64,000 nucleotides of DNA from assembly GCA_016215335.1 (NCBI GenBank), contig JACRKE010000026.1:1711-65710 (forward strand), read 5' to 3'. Under the pieces are notes generated by a model. The model was not told the origin of the DNA. It was given only the letters and a program-made list of their open reading frames with translations, and did not search any database. Within the stretch, counting starts at the first letter, position 1; each line of letters begins with the position of its first letter. Shown here piece after piece: positions 30,478-41,145 of the stretch. The position numbers and the translations under genes are program-made. The DNA comes from Candidatus Vogelbacteria bacterium. Its GTDB lineage: Bacteria; Patescibacteriota; Minisyncoccia; Phycocordibacterales; JACRKE01.

Positions 30478-31368
30478 TTATGATTGTCTTTTAATCCAGT
30501 CTACTACATCTACTTCGGGTGACCATCCGAGTGTAGCTAGCTTAGTTATGTCGGCTTCATGTCGCTCAACTTCCCACGGTCTGCGAGGTATCCATTTCAC
30601 CTCACCACCCACCGCATTAGCGATTTCTTCCATTGTATTAACTTTTCCTCTCCCAACATTGTAAATCTCACCTTTACCCGCACGATCATCTGTAACAAGA
30701 ATGTATACCGCATTCGCAATATCACCTGCATATATAAAATCTCTCTGTCCAGAACGAAATGATGACTGGGCAGTTGTCTCCGTGAGCGTAATTGGTTGCC
30801 CAGTTTTTTTAAGTCTCAAAAAAGCTGCAAGTGCGGTATCCTCGCGCTGATATTCGCCGAATACCTGGAAGAATCTAGCTGTAACAGTATTCAATCCAAA
30901 ATTTTCCGCATACATTTTAAGGAGAAATTCACATGAAAGTTTTTGCCACGAATAGTGCTCAATAGGCATTCCCAACATGTCTTCTTTCCAAGGGGTAGGA
31001 TTTTTACCATACAGAGATGCGGTTGAAGGGAAGAATATTTTTTTTACTCCCGCCTCACGCGCAACCTCGAGGAGGTGCACAGTCATGTCTATATTATCGT
31101 AGGTAGACTCTTTCGGATGCCGTGAACAATCTGGGATATTTGTTCGCCAAGCTAAGTGCACAATATAATCAACTCCAAGTACGTCGCGATAATTTAAATC
31201 ACGTACATCTGTGTGTAAAAATACGTTCGACTTTGCAGTTTCGGGGCGTTTATCGACTCCTGTTACTTTATGACCCTCTTTTTGAAACTTCGGTATGATG
31301 TGTTGTGCTAAAAATCCTGATGAGCCGGTTACTAGTATTTTTAAAGGCTGTTTCTGTTCAGTGGACAT
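30478..31368 (-). CDS. NAD-dependent epimerase/dehydratase
   Basis: VTGSSGFLA, YSWQK (YxxxK), RDFIY. Confidence 0.85.
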   Translation of the reverse strand: MSTEQKQPLKILVTGSSGFLAQHIIPKFQKEGHKVTGVDKRPETAKSNVFLHTDVRDLNYRDVLGVDYIVHLAWRTNIPDCSRHPKESTYDNIDMTVHLLEVAREAGVKKIFFPSTASLYGKNPTPWKEDMLGMPIEHYSWQKLSCEFLLKMYAENFGLNTVTARFFQVFGEYQREDTALAAFLRLKKTGQPITLTETTAQSSFRSGQRDFIYAGDIANAVYILVTDDRAGKGEIYNVGRGKVNTMEEIANAVGGEVKWIPRRPWEVERHEADITKLATLGWSPEVDVVDWIKRQS

Positions 31369-31412
31369 GAGATAGCTGTTAATATTTTAATATAATGATT
31401 ACGTTTTATAAT

Positions 31413-32744
31413 TTACATGTCCTTAAATGTTGACCAAATCTTTTCTTGGTATTCATGGTATGTAGTTTTGTCGAATCCTTCATCTGGCGCATTTAACCAT
31501 TTGTTTACCGAACAGAAAAGTCCGTGTTTTTCCTGAAATTTGTATTCCGGCATGCGTCTCTTTAAAAGTTCACAAAGGATTACCTTCGTTTCTAACCCAC
31601 GTATTTTATAACTCATCGGTAGTGTAAATGCAAATTCAATGATGCGTCGGTCTAGGAATGGACATCTGTTTTCTACTCCCCAGGCAGAAGCCATTCGATC
31701 TCCCATACGCAAAAGCTCCCGCATATTTCCATTAAATTCTTCCCAAAGCATATCGCGATGGGGAAAAACTTTTGTATAAGAAGGAAACTTATTGCGGCCC
31801 AGACGATTGAACTCATTTGGAACGTATCTAACGTATCCCCCGAAAAGTTCGTCCGCTCCTTCTCCGGAAAGTACTACTTTCACATTTTTTGAGCGAGCTT
31901 CTTCCGCCAATTTCCACAGACCAAAAGGTGAGAAAGTTGATACCGGATAATCCAAGTGCCAAAGGATTTTTGGGAAAATTTCACGAAATTCTTTTTGGTA
32001 ATCTCCATCTTGATATGTGAATTGATTCGAAAAATTGTGGTAGGTGGAAATGAGGGTCGAATCAATTCCGCCTGAAAAGTATAGTCCGTACGAAACATCA
32101 CTGCGCGTTCGTAACCGCACCGAGTCTGCAAGGATTGTATCCAGTTCTTTTAATGCACTTTCAAAATCTATGTCACGTTCTTTCGGTGTAAATTGCCACC
32201 ATTTCCTAATATCAAGAGTTTTTTTATCAAAATGAAATCTTGCTGAATGAGCGGGCGGTAGCTCCTGACATGCAAACCCTAACGCCTTGGCTTCAGACGC
32301 AAATTTAAATTCGCCAGAAGCGTTTAAAGAGTAGTACAGTGGTTTCTCACCGGCAATGTCTCGTGCAAGAAAAATTGATTGACCATCGTTGACTGCAAAC
32401 GCAAACATGCCGTTAAGCTTATCGAGGCAACCTTCGTTCCATTCAATATAAGCCACCAGAAGAACCTCGGTGTCGCTACTTGTTTTAAATGTATGTCCGA
32501 TTTTTTTCAACTCCTCTCGCAAATCAATATAGTTGTAAATTTCACCGTTGAATGTGAGAGTTAAACCTTTGTGTGTAATAGGGCATAAATCATTCGAAAT
32601 CAGATCTATTATTTTCAACCGCCCCATACCCATGGTGAACCGCTCATCCTGAAAAGTCCCCGCATCATCCGGTGCACGATGACGCATCAGTTCAAGCATT
32701 CGTACAACGTCTTCTTTAGATGGCGCTCCTGCTATTGCACACAT
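31413..32744 (-). CDS. asparagine synthase (glutamine-hydrolysing)-like amidotransferase
   Basis: N-terminal Cys2 (MCAIAG), FNGEIYN, SDTEV, SGGIDS, SGEGADELFGGY. Confidence 0.88.
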   Translation of the reverse strand: MCAIAGAPSKEDVVRMLELMRHRAPDDAGTFQDERFTMGMGRLKIIDLISNDLCPITHKGLTLTFNGEIYNYIDLREELKKIGHTFKTSSDTEVLLVAYIEWNEGCLDKLNGMFAFAVNDGQSIFLARDIAGEKPLYYSLNASGEFKFASEAKALGFACQELPPAHSARFHFDKKTLDIRKWWQFTPKERDIDFESALKELDTILADSVRLRTRSDVSYGLYFSGGIDSTLISTYHNFSNQFTYQDGDYQKEFREIFPKILWHLDYPVSTFSPFGLWKLAEEARSKNVKVVLSGEGADELFGGYVRYVPNEFNRLGRNKFPSYTKVFPHRDMLWEEFNGNMRELLRMGDRMASAWGVENRCPFLDRRIIEFAFTLPMSYKIRGLETKVILCELLKRRMPEYKFQEKHGLFCSVNKWLNAPDEGFDKTTYHEYQEKIWSTFKDM

Positions 32745-32865
32745 ATACTGATATCATAGCATCCTTTTTATCAATTTGCATCATTTGTATGAGGCCACCC
32801 ATTCCATATTAAATCGAAAAATTGTTGCAAGTGCAGAGCATGTGATTGTATGCTTTAATACACGT

Positions 32866-34899
32866 ATGACTTTTTTCCTAGCTATTTTGTTTGGGCTGAC
32901 ACTGTGTTTTTTTGGTTGGCAATTTTCTCGCTATACTTTGAGAGAGAGTCGAATCGAGCATCTTTTGGCATTGTCAGGACTACTTGGTATTAGTCTATAC
33001 ACATTTGTTATTAACGTGCTTGGGCACTTTCTGCCGATACAGCTTGTTTTCTTTGCCGTTATTTTGTTATTTATCGTTTACAGTTTTTTCCCGTTAATTT
33101 TTCGTCGCACGAATTTCTTCAGACAACATAAGCCTCTACAATGGGTAATACAAAAGAAGGGATGGCAGTGGGCACTTTTGATTGGATGCATATTCATTAC
33201 CATCTCGGTAACATTGATCTCGTATCGTCATCAAATGGATGGGGCTGTATACCGTGGACCAAATGCGGTGGCCATGGCAGAAGGGAATTTCCCACCAAAG
33301 GAAATTTGGAACCCCGAAAAACCTCTTCGTTACCACCATGCTCCAGATCTTTTCGCGTCAGCGGTTTTAAAAGTTACCAATACACCACTCAATTTCGCAT
33401 ACGCTCTTGGGAGAGGAATACTAGCAGGATGTCTCTTTCTTTTGTTGGTCGTTTTTGCTATGGAATTCCTTTCTGCTTCGGTATTTGTTGCTTTCATATC
33501 GGCGATTTGTGCTACCTATGGAGGTTCGATTGCCATTTTTAGTTTGGCAAAAGCCTTACCTTCTTTCGTCGATATTATTTCAGGAACATATACCGGGTCA
33601 TACAAGTTTGTATCAGACGCAATCGTCGGCGAATTCACCACACCCGCAATAAATACGGTAATGGGTCAGCATTGGGGAGCGATGGCTCTCGTCCTCATAA
33701 CGACTGTGGTTTATTTATATTTGAGCGCGTTACAGGAAAAAGCTCAAAAATATTATTGGTACCTGCTGGTCATCGGGTGTTTAGTGGCTCTTCAGGCGCT
33801 TGTGTCAGAACCTTATTTTGCATCACTCATAGCAGCACTAGTCGGTTTTCCAATAATGGTCCGAGTCTTGTATGGCAGTTCAGATTTCGCAAAACGAGCT
33901 CTGATCTCCTCGCTTATTGTTATAAGTATTGCGTTACCAATCGCTTTTGTTCAGGGTGGTTTGTTTGGAACGGCGGTTACACAGCAGTTCAACCTAACCC
34001 AGGAAAACGGCACCGAAAATACGATCTTATTTACTGGTAATGACAGTGACAAAAACCTATTTAAATTGAGTACACCCTCTGCGTTAAGCGAAAGTTATGA
34101 CAATCGGATTTTTAAAGAAATGGCATTGCTCTTTGTTCTCTTTGTTCCGGCACTATTCTTTTTGTTCAGGTCTCATGCGCGTGTGGCTCTCTTTTTATCG
34201 CTCTTATTTCTTGCGTTTTTTCTACCTCCTATTGTATTCGTTTCCGATTATTTTCTTATTACTCAACTACTCTGGCGTTTCTTCTTCCCAATAAATCTTA
34301 TAGGAGGTCTTGTTATTGGTTATGTATTTGCACAAGCATATCTCAATACACCCATCCTTTGGAAAAAGATATCGCTGTTTTCAATCCTTTTAATATTTTT
34401 AGGACAAGGGTTTTGGACACATGTGGTGTGGCTTGGAGTTGGGTATCCGCCCGGGAGTGTCTGGGATCAAAATGCTGTTTTTTTTGCAAAACCCGGCAGT
34501 GCCGAAGCAGCTTCATATGCTTGGGTTCGGGCCAACACAACAATACAAGATCGGTTTTTAATCCTTAAGGATACGTATCGTCAATGTGGTATCGATGCCG
34601 CTCCAAATTGTCTATTTGTGTATAACACTGGAAGATTTGCACCGATATTTAAACACCAAGCTGTAGTTGAGGGCAACGAAGGTGATGAGATCCCTACAAA
34701 AGAATTAGCCCTGTTTGATAATGTGAGCACCACGTGTGATGCAGATATTCTTGCGCGTCTTAATTTTGATTATATCTATGTCGACAAGTTGTGGCCGAAA
34801 GGAATGGAGAAACAGTGTCTGAAGAACAACACTCTTTCACTTGAATTTACTTCGACTGACGATAACAATAACATTAGAATATATAAAATTGTCGATTAG
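32866..34899 (+). CDS. polytopic membrane protein, probable GT-C fold
   Basis: many TMs with a P..PLRYHH loop; context within the glycan locus. Confidence 0.55.
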   Translation: MTFFLAILFGLTLCFFGWQFSRYTLRESRIEHLLALSGLLGISLYTFVINVLGHFLPIQLVFFAVILLFIVYSFFPLIFRRTNFFRQHKPLQWVIQKKGWQWALLIGCIFITISVTLISYRHQMDGAVYRGPNAVAMAEGNFPPKEIWNPEKPLRYHHAPDLFASAVLKVTNTPLNFAYALGRGILAGCLFLLLVVFAMEFLSASVFVAFISAICATYGGSIAIFSLAKALPSFVDIISGTYTGSYKFVSDAIVGEFTTPAINTVMGQHWGAMALVLITTVVYLYLSALQEKAQKYYWYLLVIGCLVALQALVSEPYFASLIAALVGFPIMVRVLYGSSDFAKRALISSLIVISIALPIAFVQGGLFGTAVTQQFNLTQENGTENTILFTGNDSDKNLFKLSTPSALSESYDNRIFKEMALLFVLFVPALFFLFRSHARVALFLSLLFLAFFLPPIVFVSDYFLITQLLWRFFFPINLIGGLVIGYVFAQAYLNTPILWKKISLFSILLIFLGQGFWTHVVWLGVGYPPGSVWDQNAVFFAKPGSAEAASYAWVRANTTIQDRFLILKDTYRQCGIDAAPNCLFVYNTGRFAPIFKHQAVVEGNEGDEIPTKELALFDNVSTTCDADILARLNFDYIYVDKLWPKGMEKQCLKNNTLSLEFTSTDDNNNIRIYKIVD

Positions 34900-35030
34900 T
34901 TATTTTCTTTAGACCATCGGTTGTCTAAAGATAAGAAATTTATTATCTACCCGGGTAGTTTGGGCGACGTTTATTTTTAGCTACAACGTTAGTTGTTAAG
35001 GGCCCGTTTTCTGTGGTATATTTCAATAAT

Positions 35031-35828
35031 ATGAAAAAGAAAAATATTATTGGAATGATTCCGTCAAGAATGGGCTCTACACGTTTCCCAGGCAAGGCCT
35101 TAGCCACTATTTATGGCATTCCTATGATCGGCCATGTATACTTTAGGAGCAAAATGAGCAAACTACTTGATGACGTTTATATCTTGACTCCAAGTAAAGA
35201 GATTATGGATTATGCTGATTCTATTGGTGCGAAATGGATAAAAGACGGGAAAAAAGAATATAGAGGATGTTCGAATGCAACAGCGGACGCGACTATAGAG
35301 ATTGAAAAAAGGACTGGTAAGAAAATCGATGTTGCCGTAATGATTCAAGGAGACGAACCAATGATTGTTCCTAAAATGATTGATATGGCAACTAAGCCAA
35401 TGCTTAAAGATTCATCCATAAACGTGGTAAATCTAATGGCACCTATTCGAAGTGAAGAAGAGCACAATGATCCAAATTGCCCAAAAGTTGTAGTCGACGT
35501 AAACAATTTTGCACTATATTTCTCTAGAGAGCCTATTCCTTCCAAAAAGAAGTGGGCAGGAGGATCGTACCCGAAATATAAACAGGTTTGCATCATGCCA
35601 TTTGCTCGTGACTTTCTAATAAAATTCAGCAAAATGAGACCAACACCCATGGAGCTTGTTGAGTCTATCGACATGAATAGAGCTTTAGAACATGGTTATG
35701 GTGTTAAGATGGTTTTAGAAAATGAGGAGACTTACTGCGTTGATACTCCGGATGATTTAAAGAGAGTTGAAAGACATATGAATGATGATCGACTAATCGA
35801 AAAGTATGCACCTAAAAAAAGTTCTTAA
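35031..35828 (+). CDS. kdsB: 3-deoxy-manno-octulosonate cytidylyltransferase-like (CMP-Kdo synthetase)
   Basis: IPSRMGSTRFPGKAL, IQGDEP, ALYFSREPIP, VDTPDDL. Confidence 0.8.
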   Translation: MKKKNIIGMIPSRMGSTRFPGKALATIYGIPMIGHVYFRSKMSKLLDDVYILTPSKEIMDYADSIGAKWIKDGKKEYRGCSNATADATIEIEKRTGKKIDVAVMIQGDEPMIVPKMIDMATKPMLKDSSINVVNLMAPIRSEEEHNDPNCPKVVVDVNNFALYFSREPIPSKKKWAGGSYPKYKQVCIMPFARDFLIKFSKMRPTPMELVESIDMNRALEHGYGVKMVLENEETYCVDTPDDLKRVERHMNDDRLIEKYAPKKSS

Positions 35829-35876
35829 TAGGCTATTGCATATGGTGAACTTGGAAACAGCAGGAATATAACAACC

Positions 35877-37727
35877 ATGGTTCAAACGAGCATTATTATC
35901 AGGACTCTTAACGAAGAACGACATATAGGCAATATTTTAGTTGCTATATCTGAACAAGAGTATAAGGATTATGAAATTATAGTAGTCGATTCAGGTTCAA
36001 GCGACAAGACATTAGAAGTAGCTCAAAAATTTCCGGTTAAGGTTATTAAGATTGATGGTAGGGATTTTACATTTGGGTATTCGCTTAACATTGGTTGTAG
36101 AGCAAGCTCGGGGAAATATTTAGTATTTGTCTCGGCCCACGTACTTCCGACTGATAAGCATTGGTTGGGAAATCTAATAAAGCCCTTCACTGATAAAAAG
36201 GTTGCGATGGCATATGGGAGACAAAGAGGGACTAATGTATCTAAATTTTCAGAACAGAGAGATTTTGAATATTTGTTTCGAGACGATGTATTAAATTGGA
36301 ACGTAGTTTCCGATTATGCAAACAACGCCAATTCTGCTGTAAGAAAAAGTTTATGGAATGAGAGACCATTTGACGAATTTCTCTTCGGGCTTGAGGATGT
36401 GGAGTGGGCTAAGGCTATGGTGCAAAAAGGATTTAGTATATTTTATGAGCCTACAGCAAGTGTCTATCATATTCACGAAGAGAAGTGGCATCAAGTTTTC
36501 AACAGATACAGAAGGGAAGCAATAGCGGCATATCGAATAGGCCTTAAACATCCGCCTCAAGCCAGGACTCACTTTTTTTGGTTAATACAGAGACTCTCAG
36601 GTGATTTGCTTTTAACATTTCCTGACTATTCATCTTCAAGACTAGATGAGATATTGAGATTCCGCTATTACCAGTGGAAGGGCAGTAGACAGGGTTGGTT
36701 TAAGGATCGAAATATCGATTTGGATAGAGATAAGTATGAACTTTCATTTCCAAGAGAGAATCACGCTGTTGTAATTTACGGTAAGCGTAAAGCGGGGATA
36801 AAAGAACTACCCTTGCCCAAAACAAAGCCTGGCGACATCCTTATACAAATTAGTCATGTTGGCATTTGTAAAACGGATTTAGAAGTCTATGAAGGGTCCC
36901 TAGGCTATTATAAAAACGGACCCGCAAAATACCCTATAATTCCTGGCCACGAATTTTCAGGTACAATTGTGAAAATTGGCGCAAGTCCAAGGTTTAGGGA
37001 GAGATTCAAGGTTGGAGAAGCTGTAGTTGGTGAGTGCATCATGACGAGGGAGGTCGGTAAGGAGCGTAAAGAGGTTGGGGTTGTGAATTATAATGGTGCA
37101 TATTCTAAACTGATTGTTATGCCGGGAGATATGATTCACAAGGTCCCGGAGGGCTTGAGTCTAGATGTGGCTTGTCTTGCAGAACCCCTTGCAGTAGTCC
37201 TTAGGGCGCTTAGACGTTCAGGCAATAGACTTCACTCAAAGTCGGAAATTGCAGTAGTTGGTGCCGGACCTATTGGTAACTTATTTGCACAGGTTCTTTC
37301 AAGTTATGGACACTATGTTTCGTTATTCGACAAGAGAGAAGATCGTCTTTTATTGCTTAAAAATGGTGTTAAAAAAACGTACACATCGTTCGAAAAGATT
37401 AAGGATTTCGGAATTATAGTTGAGGCTACTGGCTCAAAAGAAGTTTTGGATGAACTGTTAAGGGTGAGCGGAAATGATACGACATTCATAGTCATTGGAT
37501 TTCCATACGGCAAGACAGAATATAACTTTGAGGATTTGGTAGGGAAAGAGAAAGTGCTTATTGGGTCTGTGGGTGCCGAGTGGGAAGACTTCGAGAATGC
37601 TCTTGAAATGTTGCCCAAATTGGAGACCAAAGTCTTTACGGAAAACATTTATGCGCTCGAAGATTATGAAAAGGCGTGGGACAGCCTGCGTGAAGGTAAA
37701 AAATTTAAGATTCTTATTAAGCCATAA
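35877..37727 (+). CDS. fusion of GT2 glycosyltransferase and Zn-dependent alcohol dehydrogenase
   Basis: N: SIIIRTLNEE, VDSGSSD; C: GICKTD, GHEFSG, EPLAV, GAGPIG. Confidence 0.85.
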   Translation: MVQTSIIIRTLNEERHIGNILVAISEQEYKDYEIIVVDSGSSDKTLEVAQKFPVKVIKIDGRDFTFGYSLNIGCRASSGKYLVFVSAHVLPTDKHWLGNLIKPFTDKKVAMAYGRQRGTNVSKFSEQRDFEYLFRDDVLNWNVVSDYANNANSAVRKSLWNERPFDEFLFGLEDVEWAKAMVQKGFSIFYEPTASVYHIHEEKWHQVFNRYRREAIAAYRIGLKHPPQARTHFFWLIQRLSGDLLLTFPDYSSSRLDEILRFRYYQWKGSRQGWFKDRNIDLDRDKYELSFPRENHAVVIYGKRKAGIKELPLPKTKPGDILIQISHVGICKTDLEVYEGSLGYYKNGPAKYPIIPGHEFSGTIVKIGASPRFRERFKVGEAVVGECIMTREVGKERKEVGVVNYNGAYSKLIVMPGDMIHKVPEGLSLDVACLAEPLAVVLRALRRSGNRLHSKSEIAVVGAGPIGNLFAQVLSSYGHYVSLFDKREDRLLLLKNGVKKTYTSFEKIKDFGIIVEATGSKEVLDELLRVSGNDTTFIVIGFPYGKTEYNFEDLVGKEKVLIGSVGAEWEDFENALEMLPKLETKVFTENIYALEDYEKAWDSLREGKKFKILIKP

Positions 37728-37729
37728 AG

Positions 37730-38380
37730 ATGTATAGTATCGACAATTCAAACAATATCATAGATATTTCGGTTCCAATAGATGGACAGATTCCATTGTG
37801 GCCTGACTCTTTGGCGCCTGAAGTAATTAGTGTTCATTCCATTGAACATGAAGATGGTGTAAATGAGACTAGGATTTCTATGGGAATGCACGCAGGATCC
37901 CATCTTGATGCCCCTAGTCATTTCATTAAAGACGCCAAATCAATGAATGATTTGGATCTTAATCTTTTTTTTGGTAACGCATTTGTGGTAGATTTACCAA
38001 ATGTGCCAGAGGTCAAGGCAGAAGACCTTGCACGGGCCAATATTCCCGAGGGCACAGAAAGATTGTTAATAAAGACTTCTAACTCTAAATTGTGGGAGAG
38101 AAACGTAGGGTTCCAAAAAAATTACGTTGGATTAACAATAGACGCCGCAGAATGGCTGGTAAAGAAGAAGATTAAGCTCGTGGGCTTGGATTACTTGTCT
38201 ATAGCAAAATTTGAGCAGATAGAAGAGGTTCATGTAATTCTACTTGGCGCCGGTATTCCGCTATTGGAGGGCATAAATCTTTCAGAAGTCCAAGAAGGAA
38301 TTTATACTTTAATATCACTTCCCCTTAATATACAAGGAGTGGAAGGGGCACCTGTAAGAGCTGTCTTAATTAAACAATAG
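37730..38380 (+). CDS. cyclase family (kynurenine formamidase-like) metal hydrolase
   Basis: HAGSHLDAPSHF, VGLDYLS, GAPVRAV. Confidence 0.9.
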   Translation: MYSIDNSNNIIDISVPIDGQIPLWPDSLAPEVISVHSIEHEDGVNETRISMGMHAGSHLDAPSHFIKDAKSMNDLDLNLFFGNAFVVDLPNVPEVKAEDLARANIPEGTERLLIKTSNSKLWERNVGFQKNYVGLTIDAAEWLVKKKIKLVGLDYLSIAKFEQIEEVHVILLGAGIPLLEGINLSEVQEGIYTLISLPLNIQGVEGAPVRAVLIKQ

Positions 38381-38382
38381 CT

Positions 38383-39321
38383 ATGCATAACAAAGTGTTA
38401 ATCTCAGCCCCCTATATGCATAAGGAAAAAGAGAAGATATTGAAAATGCTGCCTGATTTCTCATATGAAGTGGATTGGGTCTCAGTAATTGAGAGGCTTG
38501 AAGAGAAGGACCTTCTACCTATAATTTCTAAGTACCATGGAATCCTTTGTGGCGATGATAGAATCACTCAAAAAGTTATAGATGCCGCAACTAATTTAAG
38601 AGTGATAGTAAAATGGGGGACAGGGATCGATTCTATAGACAAAGAGTACGTAGAGTCTAAAGGAATTAAAGTTTTCAGAACGCCTGGTGCTTTTACCGAG
38701 CCCGTGTCTGATACTACCATTGCATTGATGTTGAATGAGACAAGGGGAATCGCAAGAAATGATAAAGTGGTTAAGACTGCTGGGTGGGACAAACCTCAAG
38801 GCTACACTCTCCACGAAAAGACAATCGGTATTATCGGATTTGGAGAAATAGGCCAAGCTGTGGCTAGGAAGCTTTTAGCTTTTGGACCGAAAGTGCTTGT
38901 AAATGATGTTAAAGATATCGACAGCCTAATTTTAAGCAATCTAAATGCAAGAAGCGTTTCTAAAGAAACCATATATGATAAATGTGACATAATAACTTTG
39001 CATTGTGACCTTAATTCTACGAGCAAGCATTTGCTCTCAAAGGATACCTTTACTAAGATGAAAAGAAAGCCTTATATTATTAACACTGCGAGAGGTCCAA
39101 TAATCAAAGAACAAGACCTAATAGAAGCTCTAAATAATGACGTTATATCAGGAGCTGGGTTGGACGTTTTTGAAGACGAACCGTTAGCAACAGACAGTCC
39201 TCTGCGCGGAATGAATAATGTGACAATGTCATGCCACAACTCCAATAGTAGTCCAGAATGCTGGGATAAAGTTCACCTGAATTCTTTAAAGATGATGGAG
39301 GAGGGCTTAAAAGTAAAATAG
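38383..39321 (+). CDS. D-isomer-specific 2-hydroxyacid (phosphoglycerate-like) dehydrogenase
   Basis: GTGIDSID, GIIGFGEIG, INTARG, LDVFEDEP. Confidence 0.88.
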   Translation: MHNKVLISAPYMHKEKEKILKMLPDFSYEVDWVSVIERLEEKDLLPIISKYHGILCGDDRITQKVIDAATNLRVIVKWGTGIDSIDKEYVESKGIKVFRTPGAFTEPVSDTTIALMLNETRGIARNDKVVKTAGWDKPQGYTLHEKTIGIIGFGEIGQAVARKLLAFGPKVLVNDVKDIDSLILSNLNARSVSKETIYDKCDIITLHCDLNSTSKHLLSKDTFTKMKRKPYIINTARGPIIKEQDLIEALNNDVISGAGLDVFEDEPLATDSPLRGMNNVTMSCHNSNSSPECWDKVHLNSLKMMEEGLKVK

Positions 39322-39324
39322 TCA

Positions 39325-41103
39325 ATGCGAAAGAAGGCCCTAGTAATATTTAATGACAATTGCCATGAGGACAACGCCAAATGGTGGCAACAATTTAATG
39401 TTGTTTTTGCCCATGAGCGATATAGGCCTACCGCCGAAAAATATGGTTTAGAATTTGAAAATATAGAAGAACTTCTATTAGAAGGAAGCATATACGAGGC
39501 AAGCGCACTTGCAGAAGAATTGTCTCGACTCAAGTTAAAAGACGGATCTAGGCTAACAAAATTATTAGTCTATAAGGGCTATGAGTTATGGTGGATAAAC
39601 TATAATAGACTATATCTTTTTTATTGTTTGCCTTTCACACAATACAAAAAATTATTTGAGCGAATAAATAATTTCAATTCAGTCCATCTTTTCGATCCTC
39701 CATTTAGGGGTTTGTTTCATTTATATCTTGAAGCATACAATTGTGAAGTCGATGTAATACGTGGACATGGGTTTAAAAGCCCTTTTTTTCTTCCATGGGG
39801 TATTCTTGTGCAAATTTTTTTAACGATTATTTTTATACCATTCCTCATAATCAAAAAACATAGCCTAATGGTTTTCATAGGAGACAAATTTGAAAAAAAT
39901 CATGACTATGATTTTAGGATGAAATTTATTTACGAAGAGCTAAGAGAGAGACAAATTCCTTTTGTTGAGTTTGTACGAAGCCTTGAGCCTTGGAAAAATA
40001 TTCTTGAGCACGCCTTAATCAGGAAACGACCTGTCGTTTATTCAGAAGCCGTTGTGTATCTTGGAAAGTTTTTGAGTCTTATTACGGGCGGACGACAAAT
40101 ATCTAAAGCAAAGTATGGTACTACTAATTTCTCACACGTCGTAGACAAAGAAATGCGTTTTAAATTTATGCTTGCAACTCAATACATTTCCTGCGCGCAT
40201 AATGACATATGGGCAATTCGTATAATGAAATTAATTCTAAAGATTATAGGTGTTAAGGCATGTTTCGTAACGGCAGCACTTGAGCGCAATTTTCATGCCG
40301 TTATGGGATGCAAATTAAATGATATTCCCACTGTAGGTATTATGCATGGACTTTCATCCAAGTATTATACTGTTTTTGATCTTTTCCCGAGTTTCGAGGG
40401 AGGTAAGCCCATGGCAGTAGACAAATACGGGGTTTGGAGTGAATGGTGGAAGGAATATTATATAAAAAATGGCACTACGTATCTACCGAACCAGCTTCAT
40501 GTTTCAGGTTTAATGAGGCCACTCGAAAATGAAGATTTGAAAATAGTAGATGAAGTTGAATCTGTCAGAACTAGTTCACTGATTAAAGTACTTTTTGTCC
40601 CGGGACAGATATCGGAACCTAAAGAAGTTGCTCCTTATCTACTGGCTCTATTGAAGGATCCTGCCATGTCTGTCTATCTAACTTTTCGTCCATACAGAGA
40701 TGGCTTTGAAAGGAAGCTAATGAAATATGATTCGAGAATTGTTAGTCTGGTTGGGGAAGACAGAATTTTTAGGGGGAATATAAAGGATGCAATCGCTGAA
40801 TGTGATATCGTGGTAGGGTCCAACAGCACTGCTGTACTGGAGGCCTTATTGCAGTTAAAGCCGCTTACTTTATTCAAGACGACAAAATGGGGTGATTACT
40901 TTTATGCCAAGTCTTTCAGTTCAGAAGGAAAATTTTATGCAGAAACCCCGGAAGATCTTATTCAGTGTATTAAGACAAACGTAGAAACACCAAAGATTTT
41001 GTTAAATAAACTACAAGAAAGATTCTTTGGTAATCCTTATTCTAACGGAAGCAAATGGGTCGTCAATCAACTTGAAGAAGCTATCACTTTAAAGAAAAAT
41101 TGA
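39325..41103 (+). CDS. hypothetical GT-B-like capsule/glycan biosynthesis protein
   Basis: GIMHG, STAVLEALL..KP motifs; operonic with the kdsB-like gene. Confidence 0.5.
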   Translation: MRKKALVIFNDNCHEDNAKWWQQFNVVFAHERYRPTAEKYGLEFENIEELLLEGSIYEASALAEELSRLKLKDGSRLTKLLVYKGYELWWINYNRLYLFYCLPFTQYKKLFERINNFNSVHLFDPPFRGLFHLYLEAYNCEVDVIRGHGFKSPFFLPWGILVQIFLTIIFIPFLIIKKHSLMVFIGDKFEKNHDYDFRMKFIYEELRERQIPFVEFVRSLEPWKNILEHALIRKRPVVYSEAVVYLGKFLSLITGGRQISKAKYGTTNFSHVVDKEMRFKFMLATQYISCAHNDIWAIRIMKLILKIIGVKACFVTAALERNFHAVMGCKLNDIPTVGIMHGLSSKYYTVFDLFPSFEGGKPMAVDKYGVWSEWWKEYYIKNGTTYLPNQLHVSGLMRPLENEDLKIVDEVESVRTSSLIKVLFVPGQISEPKEVAPYLLALLKDPAMSVYLTFRPYRDGFERKLMKYDSRIVSLVGEDRIFRGNIKDAIAECDIVVGSNSTAVLEALLQLKPLTLFKTTKWGDYFYAKSFSSEGKFYAETPEDLIQCIKTNVETPKILLNKLQERFFGNPYSNGSKWVVNQLEEAITLKKN

Positions 41104-41145
41104 TGGATTATTCGATATTTGCAATAGGTATTAGAGAATGCTTTA

